From NCBI GenBank assembly GCA_030390025.1, contig CM059432.1:42968001-43032000 (forward strand): a DNA stretch of 64,000 bases. Direction: 5' to 3'. The translations under genes and the position numbers were made by a program. The notes beneath the pieces were generated by a model. The model did not search any database. It worked only from the letters and a program-made list of their open reading frames with translations, and was not told the origin of the DNA. Of this stretch, positions 59,871 to 64,000 are shown in pieces. Every line of letters starts with the position of its first letter. Position 1 is the stretch's first letter. Origin of the DNA: Squalus acanthias. Lineage: Eukaryota.

Positions 59871-60036
59871 AATTCGAGGCTACTTCCCATTTGCTCAGCC
59901 AGTCCCCATCATTCCATCAATTTCTCATTCCATACCACACCCCAAAGTTGAAATGAGACACAGCACCATTTCTGCATCATTCCAATAATAAATTTATACT
60001 CAATCAGTAAGCACATATATACAACAACAATATTAA

Positions 60037-61927
60037 CTAATGGCCCTTGTGCAAACCCTTACTTGCCCTCTTTACAGTGCCTTTTCCTAATCTACTGCTC
60101 CTACGTAGTGTCTCCCTAGTGGTTGCAGCACGGCTGGTGGAAGGCTGCTGAGTGTCGGTGCCAGAGACTACAGATGGCCTTGCAGGACGCCCTTGACCAG
60201 CTCTGGGCCTGGAAGGCCCGGCTTTACACTGCACCACCTCAGGATGGGCGGCGGCAGTCTGGGCTGGATAGATGACAGGCAGCGGCAAGGGCAATGGCGG
60301 AGTGGCAGTGGTGGGAGCAGGAATGCTGTCATCCTGAGAGAGGACAGCAGGTTCCTGCTCCATTGACACACTGCCACTCCCCCCGGGACAGCACTCCAGC
60401 ATCCCCACCAATCTGCTGAAGCACAGATTGCTGGCCTGCTGTGACACCATGAGATCCCCGGTGGACTGTGGTGGACCCAGCGACGATGGCAGCAGTCAGA
60501 GCTTGCGAGGCATCAAGCTGAGACTGCCTGAGAGCAGCCTGACACTCGATGGGATCAACCATTGACTGCATTACAGAACTAAAACGTTGCATGGCTTCCG
60601 CCTGTGCTGCAATAGCTGCTGCCACATTGCCCATGACACGCGGCATGAGGTCTGGGGCCCCACGGTCTCTCAGGAAGTCCACCATCCTTTGCAGACTGCC
60701 AAGGATGGGTTCCATGGTGTGCGCAGAGCTGTGTGCAATGTTGGAGACGGACTCCTTCAGGCTCCTTACCATTGCTGACAGGCTCTCGGGCACCCTTGCC
60801 ATTGCATCTATCATCTCGGTGTGCATGGCCATCACCCTTCTTGTGAACGCCTCTACATCGAGGTCCTCATCTGAGTCCTGTGCAGCAGAACTCGCCTTCC
60901 AGGGAGCTGGCTCCCGAGCTATCCTTTCCCCCTGGCCTTGCTGCAGCCCGCTTGTCCCCGGTGCCTTACCCTCTGCAGATGCCTCTACTAAACTTGCCTC
61001 TAAAGATTGTGTCGTGCCAGTATCTGAGGTGGTGCCTGCGGGTGAGAGATGCAGTGATGCGGTGCTTTGCTCCTCCTCCTCTTCTCCTTCCTCATTCTCA
61101 GAGGGAGGCTGAGTGACAGGCTGGTCATCTTGTTGCTGATTCTCTGATAGCATAAAGGCACAAGACTCGCTTTAAGGTGAGGGCAGGGGGGCAGGAAGGG
61201 AGCAAGGAATGCAGACAGTATCATGAGCTGGAAGTGGGAAAGGCTTGTGGTGTGAGGTGGAAGTGGGATGAGAGAAGGAGAGGGGATGAACATACCGTTG
61301 TTGCCCCCAGGGGTGCCGACGTTGCCAACGGCCACGCCGCCCACCACCTGCTGCCGAAAGAGTCGCAGCACTCGCTCCTCCAGGTCTGAAAGCTGCTGGA
61401 GCTGCGCATTACCCCCGCCTGTTCTCTGCTGCTCCCTCCTATTGTGAGCCATCTTGGCCTGCAAGAGAAACGAATGTGTGTGATTCAGAGTCCAGCTATG
61501 TGTTTGGGAGATATGCCTGCCATAGTTGAATAGCTGTGATTGTAGGCAAGGTGTGAGATGTGGATGTGAGTTTAAGTAGGTGCAGATGTTTGGTGGGTGA
61601 GTGGTGGGGTGTGGTGGTTTGTGCAGTGTGTATAGACTGAGGTTCAGATGATGGTATGTAAGACTTGTTGAAGCATTTACTCACCTTGACCGCCCGAGTG
61701 AGGTCGTTGAATTTCCTCCTGCACTGTGTCAGGCTGCGTTCACCCACACTACTGGCCGAGACCTCCTGGGCCACTTCCCTCCACATTGCCCTGAATACCT
61801 AGGGCAATGTGCTCCTTCCAGTGTCCGGGAACAGCACGGCCCTCCTTTGCTCCACTCCCACGACCAATGCCTCCAATGCCTCGGCCGTGGAACGACGAGC
61901 TCTCTCCCTGGGAGTGGGATCAGCCAT
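60037..61927 (-). pseudogene. Harbinger Myb/SANT-like gene, 3 exons (61927-61685, 61458-61296, 61143-~60037)
   Basis: GT-AG introns joining in frame; WREVAQEV..TQCRRKFNDL; premature TAG at 61799-61801; frameshift in exon 3. Confidence 0.88.
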
Positions 61928-62974
61928 CACGATCAGGGGATTGAGTTGCTTTCAGGTCGCCTTCACAGCAAGCACTGCTGATAATGAGGATCTGCACAAT
62001 GATGCAACCTTCCCTTTAACAACTGGAAGGAGCCAGTGTGAAGGATCATTCCTGTTTGCATTGCACCATTGTAGCGGCCTAATGAGGTCATTAGCACTTG
62101 ATTTAGCGCTCCAGCTCTCTCCTGGAGCGCTAGCAGCCAATTTAAGGGAACTTCAGATTCATTAGTGCCTGGCGCTAATTTTTCAAGATTTCAAAATTTA
62201 GCTCCCCAAATGGGGCGATAACGAATTTCTCCGCCACTTGATTCTAAGTAAAGTCATCCATCATGGAATGGCACTAACACCAACTTCTAAATGATGCATA
62301 ATCAGAGTGCAAAGATACCATTTATTTCCATTGTGTTTTGAAGATTGTTTTTATCCCCAATTTATCACTTCCAGTTTAGGGACATACAAATATTGCAGCC
62401 AAACATCTTTGGAGAGAGATGAAAGCCACCTCACAAAGTCATCGGAAGTATTAAAACACCTTTTACACATAATAGCTCACCTTATAATTAAGTTTAGCAA
62501 TTACAAAATAGTATAGTATTCATATATTTGGTATCAAGCTTCTGCTACAAACAGAAAATTTCAAATTTAGCAGATACCTAAAGAATGCATCCCAATCTAA
62601 GAGGATCTACACAACCCAAACTCAACTTTTGCTTATAAAGTCTCTAACATTCATCTGTAGGTGAAATTCTGTGCTAAATACTGAGATTTTAGATTTGGCT
62701 CCTGTTGGGTAATATACGCCCATACAGCAACTTCAGGCGAGGCGAGGTTAAACACGGAAATCCAAAAGTTGCTGTCCGAGATGCGCTGCTCCGCTGTTAG
62801 CTTCGCGAAAATAGCATCTCGCTGTCTGACTCACAATTGAAATGCGTTGAATGGCGTGAAGTTGCTGTACTTGCATGGTAGATAACAAACTAAACTCGCC
62901 ACAGATAGTTAAGTCTTGTCCATTTCAGTACACTTTTAATGACGTCATAAGTGTTAATCACTGCCAGTCATCCT

Positions 62975-64000
62975 CAGGGAGGATTGATGAAGGGAATGCA
63001 ATGGATGTTGTCTACATGGATTTTCGGAAGGCGTTTGACAAAGTACCACATAGAAGGCTGGTTAACATAATTGAGGCTCATGGAATAGGTGGGTCAGTGG
63101 CAGCTTGGATAAGGAATTGGCTTAAGGATAGAAAACAGCGAGTTGTGGTAAATGGCTGTTTTTCAGACTGGAGGATGGTAGACAGTGGTGTTCCCCAAGA
63201 GTCAGTGCTGGGGCCAGTGCTTTTTGTGATATATATAAATGACCTGGATATTGGAATACAGAGTAGAATTTCTAAATTTGCCAATGACACCAAACTTAGG
63301 GGTGTGGCAAACAGTGAGGATGATACCAATCGACTGCAGCAGGACATAGAAAGTCTAGCAGAATGGGCAGACAAGTGGCAGATGGAATTTAATACAGAGA
63401 AGTGTGAGTTGATGCATTTTGGCAGAAGGAACAGGGAAATGCAATATACACTTAATGGCACAGTTTTAAAGAGTGTGCAGAGACAGAGGGACCTGGGAGT
63501 TAATGTGCACAGGTCCCTGAAGGTGGCAGAACATATTGAGAAAGTGTTTAACAAAGCAGATGGGATCTTGGGCTTCATAAATAGAGGTATTTAGTACAAA
63601 AGTAGAGAAGTTATGCTGAACCTTTATAAAGCGCTGGTTAGGCCACAACTGGAGTATTGCATCCAGTTCTGGTCACCACACTTTGGGAGAGGGTGCAGAG
63701 GAGATTGACCAAACTGGTTCCGGGGATGGGTGATCTTAGCTACAAGGACAGGTTGGAGAAGCTGGATTTGTTTTCATTAGAGCAAAGGAGGTTGAGGGGT
63801 GATTTGATAGAGGTGTACAAGATTATGACGGGTTTGGATAGGCTAGATAGGGAAAGGCTGTTCCCACCAGTTGATGGTACAAGGACTAGGGGACACAGAT
63901 TTAAGGTTTTGAGCAAAAGATACAGGGGGGACGTGAGGAATAACTTTTTTACGCAGTGAGTGGTGAGGACCTGGAACTCGCTGCCGATGGAAGTGGTGGA
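62975..64000 (+). mobile_element. CR1 LINE RT fragment running off the window
   Basis: YMDFRKAFD, GVPQESVLGP, FAND peptides. Confidence 0.92.

Larger units (their letters stand above)
58205..62235. mobile_element. Full-length two-gene PIF/Harbinger DNA transposon (decayed)
   Basis: TIRs GGGGGAGAAATT / AATTTCTCCGCC; convergent transposase and Myb/SANT genes. Confidence 0.93.

Noticed and set aside
1..64000. CRISPR array, prokaryotic operon or defence system
   Set aside because: No repeat-spacer array or prokaryotic gene organisation; the content is vertebrate transposable elements.

Overview
Repeat-dense vertebrate genomic DNA, very likely from a cartilaginous fish (inferred from the HE1/V-SINE, SacSINE1-like DeuSINEs and dominant CR1 LINEs). 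I could not support any host protein-coding exon, and most of the window is nested transposable elements. LINE content: many CR1 fragments (one near full length with an esterase ORF1, one very young copy with an open 528-aa ORF2 3' half), L2 LINEs, an RTE LINE and Penelope-like pieces carrying minimal hammerhead ribozyme motifs. LTR content: two young Ty3/Gypsy retrotransposons with paired LTRs and target-site duplications (TSDs), plus a probable 1.75-kb solo LTR. DNA transposon content: a full-length two-gene PIF/Harbinger element with several derivatives and MITEs. The strongest observation is the Gypsy element at 32773-37283. It has no recognisable tRNA primer-binding site; instead a 13-nt segment next to the 5' LTR is perfectly complementary to the poly(A)-signal region of its own LTR, suggesting self-priming and/or masking of the poly(A) site. 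It also has YLDN and DSC active-site variants. Other highlights: consensus U1/5' splice-site motifs concentrated in the MITEs, three DeuSINE copies each interrupted by a LINE at nearly the same spot, and a MITE inserted at a hammerhead cleavage triplet. All calls were made by eye, so family names need confirmation with Dfam/Repbase/Pfam searches.
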